The notes beneath the pieces are model-generated. The model was not told the origin of the DNA and did no database searches. It worked only from the letters and a program-made list of their open reading frames with translations. A DNA stretch of 64,000 bases from Brachyspira murdochii (lineage in GTDB: Bacteria; Spirochaetota; JAAYUW01): contig DYJT01000011.1 in NCBI GenBank assembly GCA_020722965.1, positions 4,554 to 68,553 on the forward strand, given 5' to 3'. Position numbers and translations under genes: made by a program. How positions within the stretch are numbered: the stretch's first letter is position 1; every line of letters starts with the position of its first letter. Of the stretch, positions 45,184 through 54,866 are shown piece after piece.

Positions 45184-46688
45184 AGACTAACAAGCTTTTT
45201 ATCTTTAATAATGTATATTTCATCTGATACAGAATTCAAAAATTCCATATCATGAGATACTATAATTTGAAGATTATTTTTCTTTTTAAATTTGTTAATT
45301 ACATCTTCCATCATCTTGGTTCTATAATAATCCTGGGCATAAGTTGGCTCATCATATAGCTTTATACTTTTATTGTTTAAACAGCAGATTATAAAACCCA
45401 GTCTTCTTTTTTCACCTTCGGAAAGCATAAACCCTGATTTATCTATGTATTCACTAAAAGGAAAAAAATCTGATTCAAGTAGCGTGCCCAATATTTCTTC
45501 GTCAATTTCCATATTTTTTATATTTTTTAATTGATAGTAGATTTCATCTTTAATCAACGGGAAAAAAAATAAAGATTCACTGTTTTGAAACAAAATCGAA
45601 ATAAATTTATATAACTTTTTTATCTTGTTGTCATCATAAAAAAGTTCAATCCTACCTTTTTGTGGTCTTAATATCCCTGTCATCAACTGAAGTAAAGTCG
45701 TTTTCCCGCAACCATTTGAACCTACAATTCCTATCACCTGACCTTGCATAAAATTAAAAGAAAGATTTTCAAACAAATTTGTTATTTCATTATATCTGAA
45801 AAAAAGATCTTTAGCCAAAAAATTTATTTTTGTTTTTGATGAAAAAAGATTTTTCTTTTCTTTTAAAATATTATTTGAATTACTATCTTTTTTAATATAC
45901 AGGTCACCATTGTTTTTCTTGTCTATCAGATCTTGATTTTTTACTTTACATATTTTAATTTCTTTATCTATAGAATCTTTCAAATATTTAAATTTAATAT
46001 TATCCGCATTTTTTTGATCATCTTCAAAAATCAATATCTTATCTACCATTGGCAGAACATACTCGAAATTATGCTCGATTATAAATATCGTTTTTTTGCC
46101 TTTGAAAGACATCAGTATCTGGTAAAATGATTTTGCTGTATCATTATCTAAAAATGAAACTGGTTCATCGAGCAATAGTATGTCTGGTTCATAGGATATT
46201 ATAGATGCGAGATTTAATCTTTGGCATAAGCCTCCTGATAAAATCTTTGTTTTGCTTTGTAATTTATCGCTTAGTTCAAATATATTAGAATATTTTATTA
46301 TATTTTTATTTATCTTTTCCTTCGAATATTTATAATTTTCCATTCCAAATGCAAGTTCATCTAAAACATATGAATTCATTATCTGGGTATATGGATTTTG
46401 ACCTAAATATCCAATTATTTTATCTAGGAATTCAGGATAATTTTCAATGATATTATAATCTTTGTATTTGATTTTTCCATTTAATTTACAATTATATATT
46501 TTAAGAAGAATCCCTTTTAATACTAAGAATAGAGTGGATTTCCCTATCCCGGATATTCCTGTAATCAAAATTACTTCATTTTTGTAAACAGGGAAATCCA
46601 TCTTAAAAATTAGCTTTTTGTTACTTAAAGGATATTCAACTTCAAAATCATTAATTTGAAAGAGGACCTCGGGTTTATTTACTATCAT
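45180..46688 (-). CDS. ykoD: Fused double ATPase of an ECF transporter, YkoD-like
   Basis: 502 aa with two ABC cassettes. The first has GISGIGKST, LSGGLCQRL and ILLLDEP. The second has GSNGCGKTT, LSEGEKRRL and IKLYDEP. Confidence 0.8.
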   Translation of the reverse strand: MIVNKPEVLFQINDFEVEYPLSNKKLIFKMDFPVYKNEVILITGISGIGKSTLFLVLKGILLKIYNCKLNGKIKYKDYNIIENYPEFLDKIIGYLGQNPYTQIMNSYVLDELAFGMENYKYSKEKINKNIIKYSNIFELSDKLQSKTKILSGGLCQRLNLASIISYEPDILLLDEPVSFLDNDTAKSFYQILMSFKGKKTIFIIEHNFEYVLPMVDKILIFEDDQKNADNIKFKYLKDSIDKEIKICKVKNQDLIDKKNNGDLYIKKDSNSNNILKEKKNLFSSKTKINFLAKDLFFRYNEITNLFENLSFNFMQGQVIGIVGSNGCGKTTLLQLMTGILRPQKGRIELFYDDNKIKKLYKFISILFQNSESLFFFPLIKDEIYYQLKNIKNMEIDEEILGTLLESDFFPFSEYIDKSGFMLSEGEKRRLGFIICCLNNKSIKLYDEPTYAQDYYRTKMMEDVINKFKKKNNLQIIVSHDMEFLNSVSDEIYIIKDKKLVSL

Positions 46689-46762
46689 TATTTATCTTTA
46701 TTTATCTTTTGTTATCACTCAAATCTTCTATCCTTTCCTTCTTTGTCGTTAATTCACTATCA

Positions 46763-47332
46763 TTATTTGTCTTTTGAAATGGCAAATTGATTGAGTATCC
46801 CAGTCTTTTTAAGTGATTTACCTAAAAAATAGGATAATAAACCCGAAAGAAGAATGGATGAAACAATAAAGGATAAAAGCTGAAAAAGATTAAATTTTAA
46901 AGAAAGTTTATAATAAGGTTCATAAAAATAATCAAGGGCAAAACTTGCTATAGCAGAAAAGATAGATGCAATTATCAGATGGATTAGCTTCCATCTTTTG
47001 TATCCAAAAATAAGAAATACAACCTCACATGCTAATCCTTGAACCAAACCCCACAAACCAGCAGTCCATCCCCACCTTGTTATAAAACCCTCGATTAAAG
47101 CAGAAATTGATTCTGAAACCACTGCGACACCTGGTTTTCTTATTATAAAAGGTAAAAAAACACCAGAAAATAACCAGAAACCTGCTAGAAGATATTTAAA
47201 ACCGAATGGTTTTAAAAATGCTTTGAGCTGATCATAAACATATGTCCAACCCCAAAAAGCGATTCCGATAGTAACACTTAATACGGCAATTAGGACAATT
47301 TCAAAAATAGTGATTTTTTTAAGAGATTCCAT
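46763..47332 (-). CDS. ykoE: ECF transporter substrate-specific (S) component for thiamine or a precursor, YkoE-like
   Basis: 189 aa with about 6 TM spans. It lies immediately downstream of a TPP riboswitch and heads a dedicated ECF module. Confidence 0.65.
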   Translation of the reverse strand: MESLKKITIFEIVLIAVLSVTIGIAFWGWTYVYDQLKAFLKPFGFKYLLAGFWLFSGVFLPFIIRKPGVAVVSESISALIEGFITRWGWTAGLWGLVQGLACEVVFLIFGYKRWKLIHLIIASIFSAIASFALDYFYEPYYKLSLKFNLFQLLSFIVSSILLSGLLSYFLGKSLKKTGILNQFAISKDK

Positions 47333-47337
47333 CTTTT

Positions 47338-47453
47338 ACCTCCTTTTAAGATGCAAGGAGGTGTAGATTGTGTGCGTTTCCTACGCGGGTATAAACCCGA
47401 TCAGGTTCTGAGGGTATTTCTCAGTTGGGCACACTCCCAACACCCCTACGCTG
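47338..47453 (-). promoter_or_regulatory. TPP (THI-box) riboswitch with an SD-sequestering expression platform
   Basis: The minus-strand RNA reads GCGTAGGGGTGTTGGGAGTGTGCCCAACTGAGAAATACCCTCAGAACCTGATCGGGTTTATACCCGCGTAGGAAACGC. It has the CTGAGA, ACCCT, AACCTGATC and GCGTAGGAA hallmarks. P1 is GCGT/ACGC (47453-47450 / 47377-47374). Downstream, ACCTCCTT (47362-47355) is perfectly complementary to the SD AAGGAGGT (47345-47338). Confidence 0.9.
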
Positions 47454-47459
47454 GTAATT

Positions 47460-47487
47460 AAATTAGCACAATAATCTATAAAGTAAA
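47460..47487 (-). promoter_or_regulatory. Candidate extended -10 promoter driving the TPP riboswitch operon
   Basis: On the minus strand: TTTACT (47487-47482), a 16-nt spacer, then TGcTAATTT (-10 hexamer at 47465-47460). This places the transcript start a few nt before riboswitch P1. Confidence 0.4.
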
Positions 47488-47576
47488 GTTATTTAATAAA
47501 GCTACTTAATAATATTGTAAGTTTTAATTTTTATATTAAAATTAATTAGAAAATAAGAATATAATAGAGTAAAAAT

Positions 47577-49223
47577 ATGAAATCAATAGATATTGAAATT
47601 AATTCAAAAAAACTGACTATCTTAAAAGGCACCAAGATTAGAGATATTGTAGATCAAAAAGAAATTATTGATAACCAGTATTTAGCTGCACTTTTAAATT
47701 CAAAGGTTGTTTCCCTGAACTATTCTATTAAATCTTCCTGTAAAGTAAATTTCCTTACCCCAAAAGATAAACAGGGACATCAAATTTTTATGAGCTCCCT
47801 AACCTTCCTACTTTTTACAGCTTTTCACAAACTATACCCTGAAAAAAAATTGATAATCTCTCATTCTATTGGAGATTCATTCTTTTTCTATCTTGAAAAT
47901 GGCTCTATAACACCAAAGATGGTTGAAGAACTGAATACTAAAATGCTAGAATATATAGTTAGCAATCTATTTATAGATGTTGAATTTTGGGATAAGGATG
48001 AGGCTATCAATTATTTTAAAGATGATAAGGATATTTCTAATTTATTGATTTATTCCTCTTCTAACTCTTTTATTGTAGTATCTTTGGATGGTTATACATC
48101 AATATCTCTAACTCCAATTGCACAATACACAGGGGTTTTAAAGCCTTTCAATCTGCTATCCTTCAACGAAGGGATAGTTTTACATTTTCCTCCATATTTC
48201 CAATTCCCACAGTTCAGAGATTTTGATAATAAAAGTAGATTGTTTTCAATATATATAGAGCATAAGAAGGTATTAGGATCAATAGGTATCGATACCGTTG
48301 GCAAACTGAATGAAGCAATAATTAAAAGAGAAACAATAGATATAATTCTCATAGCCGAAACTATTCAGATGGCAAAGATAACTGAAATCGCGCAAGAAAT
48401 TATAAGTAGACCAAATGTCAAAATTGTTACAATAGCCGGTCCTTCCTCCTCTGGTAAAACGACTTTTTCAAAGAAACTTATGGTCGCCCTTCGTTCTTTA
48501 GGTATCGCTGCATTTGCTATTAGCCTTGATGATTATTTTGTTGAAAGAGAAAAAACCCCAAAAGATGAAAATGGGGAATTTGATTTTGAATGTATCGAAG
48601 CTTTAGATATAGAATATTTCAATCAAAACATGAATGATATATTGAATAAAAAAGAGGTTGAAATACCTTTGTTTGATTTTGTTACTGGTTCAAGAAAGAA
48701 AAATGGCATTTTACATAAACCAAAAGATAATGAGATAATAATTATAGAAGGAATTCATGGTTTAAATCCTAAGCTCACCTACAAAATAGATAAAAAATAT
48801 CTTTTCAAGATATATATTTCCCCTCTTACCCAGCTTAACATAAGCCCAGAGATTAGAATCCCGACTACAAGAGCAAGATTAATAAGAAGAATGGTTAGAG
48901 ATTTTAGATATAGAGGAGTATCTGCTATCAGCACTCTCGCTAGATGGAATTCTGTTATTAAGGGTGAAGAAAAAAATATTTTCCCATATCAGAATAATGC
49001 AGACATGTTTTTCGATTCTGCGCTAATATACGAACAATCAATTTTGAGAACATTTGCAGAACCATTATTAAAATCTGTTCCAATCGATTCTGAATATTAT
49101 ACAGAGGCATCTATTTTACTTGATTTTATTTTGCATTTTGTCCCAATTCCAGCCGATTATGTTCCAAATACTTCACTCTTAAGAGAATTTATAGGAAGTT
49201 CACTTTATATACAAAACTTTTAA
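47577..49223 (+). CDS. Uridine/nucleoside kinase-family protein with an N-terminal TGS/ThrRS-like extension
   Basis: 548 aa. The C-terminal half has P-loop AGPSSSGKTTFSKKL and IIIEGIHGLNP, typical of the Udk/PRK family. The N-terminal roughly 260 aa are a separate domain. Confidence 0.6.
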   Translation: MKSIDIEINSKKLTILKGTKIRDIVDQKEIIDNQYLAALLNSKVVSLNYSIKSSCKVNFLTPKDKQGHQIFMSSLTFLLFTAFHKLYPEKKLIISHSIGDSFFFYLENGSITPKMVEELNTKMLEYIVSNLFIDVEFWDKDEAINYFKDDKDISNLLIYSSSNSFIVVSLDGYTSISLTPIAQYTGVLKPFNLLSFNEGIVLHFPPYFQFPQFRDFDNKSRLFSIYIEHKKVLGSIGIDTVGKLNEAIIKRETIDIILIAETIQMAKITEIAQEIISRPNVKIVTIAGPSSSGKTTFSKKLMVALRSLGIAAFAISLDDYFVEREKTPKDENGEFDFECIEALDIEYFNQNMNDILNKKEVEIPLFDFVTGSRKKNGILHKPKDNEIIIIEGIHGLNPKLTYKIDKKYLFKIYISPLTQLNISPEIRIPTTRARLIRRMVRDFRYRGVSAISTLARWNSVIKGEEKNIFPYQNNADMFFDSALIYEQSILRTFAEPLLKSVPIDSEYYTEASILLDFILHFVPIPADYVPNTSLLREFIGSSLYIQNF

Positions 49224-49241
49224 TTAATAGGAGAATTTTTT

Positions 49242-49520
49242 ATGTTTTACTGGAAAGATACAATTCAAAATATAATTGACAATAAGACTATCCCTAGAAA
49301 TAAACTTAAAATATTGCCAAAACTCAGGACATGTTCAAACTGGCTTAAAGTTAAACCTCTTGGATATATAAGATTCCAATCATCTTTGATGAAATGGGAT
49401 GGTATTTTAGTCGAATTTCAAGAACAACTATACTATGTAGAAAATTCCACTTTTCAAAGCCTGGCAAAAGACTTAAAGTGGAAAATAAACGATGAAATTT
49501 CTGTAGTTGAAAATGAATAA
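49242..49520 (+). CDS. Hypothetical protein
   Basis: 92-aa ORF 18 nt after the kinase gene, with AGGAGA 8 nt upstream. No family recognised. Confidence 0.4.
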   Translation: MFYWKDTIQNIIDNKTIPRNKLKILPKLRTCSNWLKVKPLGYIRFQSSLMKWDGILVEFQEQLYYVENSTFQSLAKDLKWKINDEISVVENE

Positions 49521-49549
49521 ACTCTTTCTTTTGTCCAAAAAACTAACAG

Positions 49550-50251
49550 CTATGGGACAATAAAAAAAGAAATTGGTTCATTTTGATCATTCAATTTTAT
49601 ATTATCATTATGAGGATCTAAAATTTCTTTGTCAAAATCGATTATAAATCTATAGCCATATCTTCCACTTTCAAGATTTAATCTGATTGTCCAAAAATCA
49701 CCATCTCGTGTTAGTTTAAATTGAAAGGGATTCCAATTGTTAAAATCCCCGTATATGTATATTGTACAGGCATTTTTATTCTCTATCCAGAATAAACATT
49801 CCTTTGTTTTATTATTTATCACTGGCGATTTTTCATATATAGTAAGCTTTTTTTCTATCTTTAAAAGTGATAGAGATTGATCATAATCATCTCTGGCAAT
49901 CTCAGGATTCATTGGGTCTAAAATCCAGAAATTATCGACTTTGTATTTATACAGATATTGACCGGCATCTAGTGATTGCTTATGGAAATAATACCAGACC
50001 CCAAAATAAGATTGCATCATAGGTATAATTTTTTCCCAGTTTAAAAAAGAACCACTAACATAAACTGTCTTTGCATTACCTTTATAAGTGAATAATATCC
50101 CATTTTTATATATTAGCGGTGAATGACTTTCTCTTAGATGAATTAACTGATTTTCATCCAGATTCATCAGGGAGATGTTAGCCTCAAAAGAGATAAATAA
50201 AGATGCTAATATCAAATTTATTAAAACTAAAATTACCGTTTTTTTCATCAA
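49550..50251 (-). CDS. Secreted protein with two tandem CBM48/AMPK-beta-type glycogen-binding modules
   Basis: Signal peptide, then two modules: VYVSGSFLNWEK...GQYLYKYKVDNFWILDP and IYIYGDFNNWNP...GRYGYRFIIDFDKEILDP. There is no catalytic domain. Confidence 0.65.
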   Translation of the reverse strand: MMKKTVILVLINLILASLFISFEANISLMNLDENQLIHLRESHSPLIYKNGILFTYKGNAKTVYVSGSFLNWEKIIPMMQSYFGVWYYFHKQSLDAGQYLYKYKVDNFWILDPMNPEIARDDYDQSLSLLKIEKKLTIYEKSPVINNKTKECLFWIENKNACTIYIYGDFNNWNPFQFKLTRDGDFWTIRLNLESGRYGYRFIIDFDKEILDPHNDNIKLNDQNEPISFFIVP

Positions 50252-50336
50252 AGAGATCCTTATAAAGTTGTGTTTATAAAGAATATCGGAAAAATTATTA
50301 TTTTATAAAGATAAGATAATTTAATAAATATATTGC

Positions 50337-52652
50337 TTATTTTTTAATTAAGTATACAAAATCACCTATAGCAGGACCTTTACCATAGATCTTCAGTATT
50401 TTAGCATTTATTATTGTTGTGGCATATGATGTTATTTTAACAATAGCAACTGTTATAAAGACTCCATTTTCATTTTTATGCTTTACTATTAACTGATCCC
50501 CAATATTTATCTTAATAGAAAGGTTAGGATCTTTTAATATCTGAACAATTTCGGGGAAAATTTTAAATATATTTCCTACCCTTATTTCATCTGCTTCTTG
50601 ATTCTCTTCTATCTGTGCAATTGGCGATATTGAATTTTGTTTTACAGAAATATAAATATTTTGAAGTAATTCTGATGCTAATGTAGAATATGATGTGTTT
50701 CCATATTTACTAAATAATTCTAAGAGATATTTCATAGATAGATCATAGTCTTTTTCATTATATGCTTTTTTCGCCTTTTGAAAGATTGATGAGGCTAAAT
50801 CTTCCTGTTCCTTATTTTGCTGGTTGATTTCTGCTTTAATTTTGTATTCGACAACAGTTAGGGCATTTTTTGAATTTGAATATTGCGAAAGAAAATCATT
50901 CGAAAGTTGAATTACAAGACTATAATTTTTTTCCTTGAATGCAGTTAAAATAGAATTAAATAGAGGTAAAGCAGCTGCTTCGAGATTATTCACTCCCTCT
51001 TGATACTGCTTTTCAAAAACTAGATGAATAAAATCCTCAAAGTATATTTTTTCATTGTCAACTACTATATCATATTTTAAAAAAGCCTTATAATAATATT
51101 CATAAGCCGAAACCAGATTTCCTTTTTTGTGTTCATTATATGCTTTTTCAAGAAGATTGGTTTTTTCTTCCTTCTTTTGTTCATCTGTTTCTTTTTTGAC
51201 TAAATCACTTAAAATCATATCTATAATAAATTTATCGAACAATTTTTCATCTTCCGCTATTATCGCGGCTGATGGGTTTGTAAAGATAAATGAGTAAAAA
51301 TCGTTTAAAGCTTTTTTTAGCGCATCTTGGTTATTATTTTGATATGATTGAAGAATTGCCTTATAATAGAATAAAATAGTTTCTTTTAGTTTTATTTGAA
51401 GGGCAGAAGATTGTTTTAGTTGCTCATTTTCTTGCTCTATTTTTTTCTGTGCTTCTTCTGAAAGAGCTAATTTTTCTTCAGCAGCCTTAATTTCTTGTTT
51501 TGCTTGTTTGATCTGCTTTTCTTTTTCTGCAATAGCTTGCTTATATGAATTCTCTTTCGCCTTCAATTCATCTTCTTTTGCCTGCATTTGTTCTTGAAAT
51601 GCTTTTCTCTGTTCATCACTCTGCTGTCTTGCTTCTTTAAGCCTTTTATCTTTTTCGGCAAGCAATTCTTTTATTCTTTTATCGTATTCCGCTTTACTTA
51701 TTAATCCTCTATTTAACTTGTTTTTCTCTTCCTCAATCTTTTTCTCGAATTGATCTTCTATCAGCTTCGTCTTATTATTTAAAGCTATTATCTGATCTTT
51801 TTCAAACTGCTCCTTTTGTTTTTGTATCGATTCTAATTGAAGAGTTATCTCTTTTAATTGTTCATTCAATTGAGCCTTTTCTTGTTCCTGCTTTTTCTGC
51901 AATTCCCTTATTATTAAAGATTCCATATTGCCAATACTTTTTACATCCTGCGCCATTCTCGCTTGCTGTTGATTTGAAACTATATTTAATATAACAAAAA
52001 CTACAACGGCAAGAACCAATAGTATCGAATATAATGATATAATCTGTGGAGCAAATGATTTGCTCTGTTTCATGTATTTCTTTTGAACTTCATTAAAGTT
52101 CGAAATCTTTAATTTATCAATTTCATTTTCTATTTGATCAAATATCTCTTTCTTTTTTTCTTCGTCAAAATTACTATCAGAAGGTTTATTTTTTTTTATT
52201 TCTTCCATTTTATCCTCATATAGATTCTCTATGCTGATTTGTTCTATCTCAATTATATTATTGCTATAATTTTCATTATTTTCAATAATAAAATAATTAT
52301 TAAATATCCATTTTATAGATAGAATTATAACTTTTTTCCCATTAAATTCAATCTTTTCGCATATTAAATTTTTTCCATTATCTTCAATCTGTTTTTCAAT
52401 TGAAATTTTATAGAACTTCAAAGGTAAGATAATCTTATGATTTTCATATTCAATATAGTTATAACTTTCGCTTTTTTCATAATCACGAAAAGTAACTTTT
52501 AATTCATTTTTTAAAACTGATTTTATTGAGATAAGATCTTTCAATTTTAAATATTCTTTTTTTTCAATATTATAAATCTTGGTTTTTTCTTCTATTGGCA
52601 AAGCAAAAAATAAGTTATCTACCTTAAATATGAAATAATAATTTTTATTCAT
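50337..52652 (-). CDS. Large single-TM protein: N-terminal roughly 200-aa domain, TM, Q/K/E coiled coil, TPR-like helical repeats, small C-terminal beta domain
   Basis: The ORF track gives 786 aa from TTG 52697. I prefer ATG 52652, with AAGGG upstream. The TM is IISLYSILLVLAVVVFVILNIV. The heptad-rich region runs from about nt 51400 to 51950. Function unknown. Confidence 0.45.
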   Translation of the reverse strand: MNKNYYFIFKVDNLFFALPIEEKTKIYNIEKKEYLKLKDLISIKSVLKNELKVTFRDYEKSESYNYIEYENHKIILPLKFYKISIEKQIEDNGKNLICEKIEFNGKKVIILSIKWIFNNYFIIENNENYSNNIIEIEQISIENLYEDKMEEIKKNKPSDSNFDEEKKKEIFDQIENEIDKLKISNFNEVQKKYMKQSKSFAPQIISLYSILLVLAVVVFVILNIVSNQQQARMAQDVKSIGNMESLIIRELQKKQEQEKAQLNEQLKEITLQLESIQKQKEQFEKDQIIALNNKTKLIEDQFEKKIEEEKNKLNRGLISKAEYDKRIKELLAEKDKRLKEARQQSDEQRKAFQEQMQAKEDELKAKENSYKQAIAEKEKQIKQAKQEIKAAEEKLALSEEAQKKIEQENEQLKQSSALQIKLKETILFYYKAILQSYQNNNQDALKKALNDFYSFIFTNPSAAIIAEDEKLFDKFIIDMILSDLVKKETDEQKKEEKTNLLEKAYNEHKKGNLVSAYEYYYKAFLKYDIVVDNEKIYFEDFIHLVFEKQYQEGVNNLEAAALPLFNSILTAFKEKNYSLVIQLSNDFLSQYSNSKNALTVVEYKIKAEINQQNKEQEDLASSIFQKAKKAYNEKDYDLSMKYLLELFSKYGNTSYSTLASELLQNIYISVKQNSISPIAQIEENQEADEIRVGNIFKIFPEIVQILKDPNLSIKINIGDQLIVKHKNENGVFITVAIVKITSYATTIINAKILKIYGKGPAIGDFVYLIKK

Positions 52653-52726
52653 TATTCTTGCCCTTATAATTTTAATTAAAAATCTTGATTTTTCCAAATT
52701 ATCAACATTTAATTTTTTTGGTGATT

Positions 52727-53236
52727 ATGATGATAAATAAAACAAAAAAGCTTATATTTTTTTTGATTATCGGTTTGTTATTTTTATTATTAGTTGGTTG
52801 TAATATTAACAAGTTTTATACTATTGACTTACCATTTGTCCCTATTTCAACTGAACTAAAAATAATAAGTTCATCCCAAATCGCCTTTAAATTAAATACT
52901 TCATTACCCATAAAAATTACTGTTGACTCGAAAACTTTTAGTATTTACCCATTTATTATCCAGATGAATATTTATTCAGACTTTCAGTATGTAATAGATC
53001 CTTATACCTCTTTCATTCTGGCAATGGAAAACCAAATTTTTTTCCCAAAATACCCTTCTGAGATTCTTAAAACGATACTCAAAGACTTATTATTTGAAAA
53101 TAAAGAAAAATTATTGATTTTGTCACCAATACCACAAAAACGACAATTAATCTATTTTTTACCTTTTAATCCAGAAACAAAAATATTAAAATTAATTTTA
53201 AATATAAACGGTAAAATCTATCTATTAAAATTATAA
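52727..53236 (+). CDS. Lipoprotein, function unknown
   Basis: Canonical signal plus lipobox: MMINKTKKLIFFLIIGLLFLLLVGC. The start is set to ATG 52727 rather than the ORF-track TTG 52685. Confidence 0.6.
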   Translation: MMINKTKKLIFFLIIGLLFLLLVGCNINKFYTIDLPFVPISTELKIISSSQIAFKLNTSLPIKITVDSKTFSIYPFIIQMNIYSDFQYVIDPYTSFILAMENQIFFPKYPSEILKTILKDLLFENKEKLLILSPIPQKRQLIYFLPFNPETKILKLILNINGKIYLLKL

Positions 53237-54339
53237 ATCCTGGGTAATCCTGCTGGTTGTTTATTAAATCTTGGATGAATTAAAAGCCAATTTTCGGGAT
53301 ATTTTTTTATTACTTTTTCAAGTGATTTATGGAAAAAATATGTTATATAAAATGTTTTCTGATTAAAATCAAGATCCTTATACTCTTTTAAATTTTTTTC
53401 AAATTTCTTTAATTCTTCATCATATTGACCATTTTCCAGCTTTTTAAATCTATCTTCAATTGAAAAAAATTTAAAAAAATAATTTAGTCTTTCTTTATAA
53501 AGATCAATATCTTTCTCATTAAAAGTGGAATCGAAAAGATGCAAAAAAAATTTCTCGTCTATTGATAAATTATTGTATAAATTTTCAAAATTGTATTCTT
53601 TTTCGATAATTCCATATTGATTTAAATTCTCGTCAATATATGAGTAAACAAAAATAACAGGGGCATCGGTTTTCAAATGAAAAAATGAAAAACCTTTACT
53701 TGCTGCTGCAATTTTACCAAAAAAAGGAATATAAACGTGATTTTTAATAGTATTCTGATCCGATACAAAACCAAGTGCTTCTTTGTTCAATAAGGGACGA
53801 ATTATCTTAAGAGGAGATGAAAACTTTGAGATCAATTTGACCCCATACTTTGTTCTCGAATTTGCTAGATATTTATCTATTAACTTGTTATCTAAAGGTC
53901 TATACAAACCATTTATTACAACTTGATTCAAACTGGCGTAAGAACTGAAAACTTCCCAATTACCAAGATGAGCCGTGACTAGAATTATACCTTTGCCTTT
54001 ATCAATAAGGTTTTTTATATTTTCCAGGCCAGTTACCTTGATTTTATTTCGTATATCTTCTTTGCTAAATTTTGAAAATCTTATCTGATCAAACAAAATC
54101 TCGCTATAGATAAGACAAAAATTTTTAAATATTTTCTTTTTTTCTTCTAATGAATACGCTGGATCTATTATCTGTAGATTTGTAAAGGCTATATTTTTTT
54201 CTTTCTTTAATATATTAAATGCAAAAGCTAAAAGTTTTCGTAATAATAGTTTAAAGAATTTTTCTGGTATTATCCTGGCAAGACCATATAATAAGTATAC
54301 AAAAAAAAATTCGATTTTTTCAATGATTTTATTCTTCAT
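53218..54339 (-). CDS. Lipid A biosynthesis (LpxL/HtrB-family) acyltransferase with a C-terminal extension
   Basis: 373 aa with an N-terminal TM and the family motif VTAHLGNWEV (HxxxxE/D). About 80 extra residues follow the acyltransferase core. Confidence 0.65.
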   Translation of the reverse strand: MKNKIIEKIEFFFVYLLYGLARIIPEKFFKLLLRKLLAFAFNILKKEKNIAFTNLQIIDPAYSLEEKKKIFKNFCLIYSEILFDQIRFSKFSKEDIRNKIKVTGLENIKNLIDKGKGIILVTAHLGNWEVFSSYASLNQVVINGLYRPLDNKLIDKYLANSRTKYGVKLISKFSSPLKIIRPLLNKEALGFVSDQNTIKNHVYIPFFGKIAAASKGFSFFHLKTDAPVIFVYSYIDENLNQYGIIEKEYNFENLYNNLSIDEKFFLHLFDSTFNEKDIDLYKERLNYFFKFFSIEDRFKKLENGQYDEELKKFEKNLKEYKDLDFNQKTFYITYFFHKSLEKVIKKYPENWLLIHPRFNKQPAGLPRIYNFNR

Positions 54340-54377
54340 AAAATAAAATTTGAAATTTTATTAAAGAAACATAAAGA

Positions 54378-54830
54378 CTATTCTATTGGATAGATATTTT
54401 TTTCATTTTCATCAAGTACTAAAGATGTTTCAACCTTCTGAATTCCAGGTGCCTTTGAAATTTTTTCAGATATAATCTCGTTTAAATTATCCAATGAAGT
54501 TGCACTTGTTTTAACTATAAAATCAAACCTACCCGTAAGGTGGTATACTCCCATTAATTCAGGTATTTCAGAAAGATAATTTAATACACTGGTAATTGTC
54601 TCGGCAGAATTGTTTGAAAGAGTTATAAAAGTAAATGCGAGAATTAGCCTTCCTATAGCTTTTCTATTGAGTATAGCCTTATAACCGGAAATTATACCAT
54701 CATTTTCCATTTTTTTTACTCTTTCAAGGACAGAAGGAGGAGACAAATGGATTTTTTCTGCAATCTCTTTATTTGTAATTCTTCCATCCAGTTGTAAAAT
54801 TTCAAGAATCTTCTTGTTCCTTAAATCCAT
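54378..54830 (-). CDS. Lrp/AsnC-family transcriptional regulator
   Basis: 150 aa with an N-terminal HTH (ILEILQLDGRITNKEIAEKIHLSPPSVLERVKKME). The C terminus is an AsnC-type ligand-binding domain. Confidence 0.85.
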   Translation of the reverse strand: MDLRNKKILEILQLDGRITNKEIAEKIHLSPPSVLERVKKMENDGIISGYKAILNRKAIGRLILAFTFITLSNNSAETITSVLNYLSEIPELMGVYHLTGRFDFIVKTSATSLDNLNEIISEKISKAPGIQKVETSLVLDENEKNIYPIE

Positions 54831-54866
54831 TGCTCCTCCAAATATTGAAATTTAATTCAATTCAAA

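Noticed and set aside
51400-51950. An apparent nucleotide repetitiveness in the coiled-coil region of the 786-aa gene
   Set aside because: It reflects biased K/E/Q codon usage (AAA, GAA and CAA on the coding strand) rather than true tandem DNA repeats. I could trace no fixed period.
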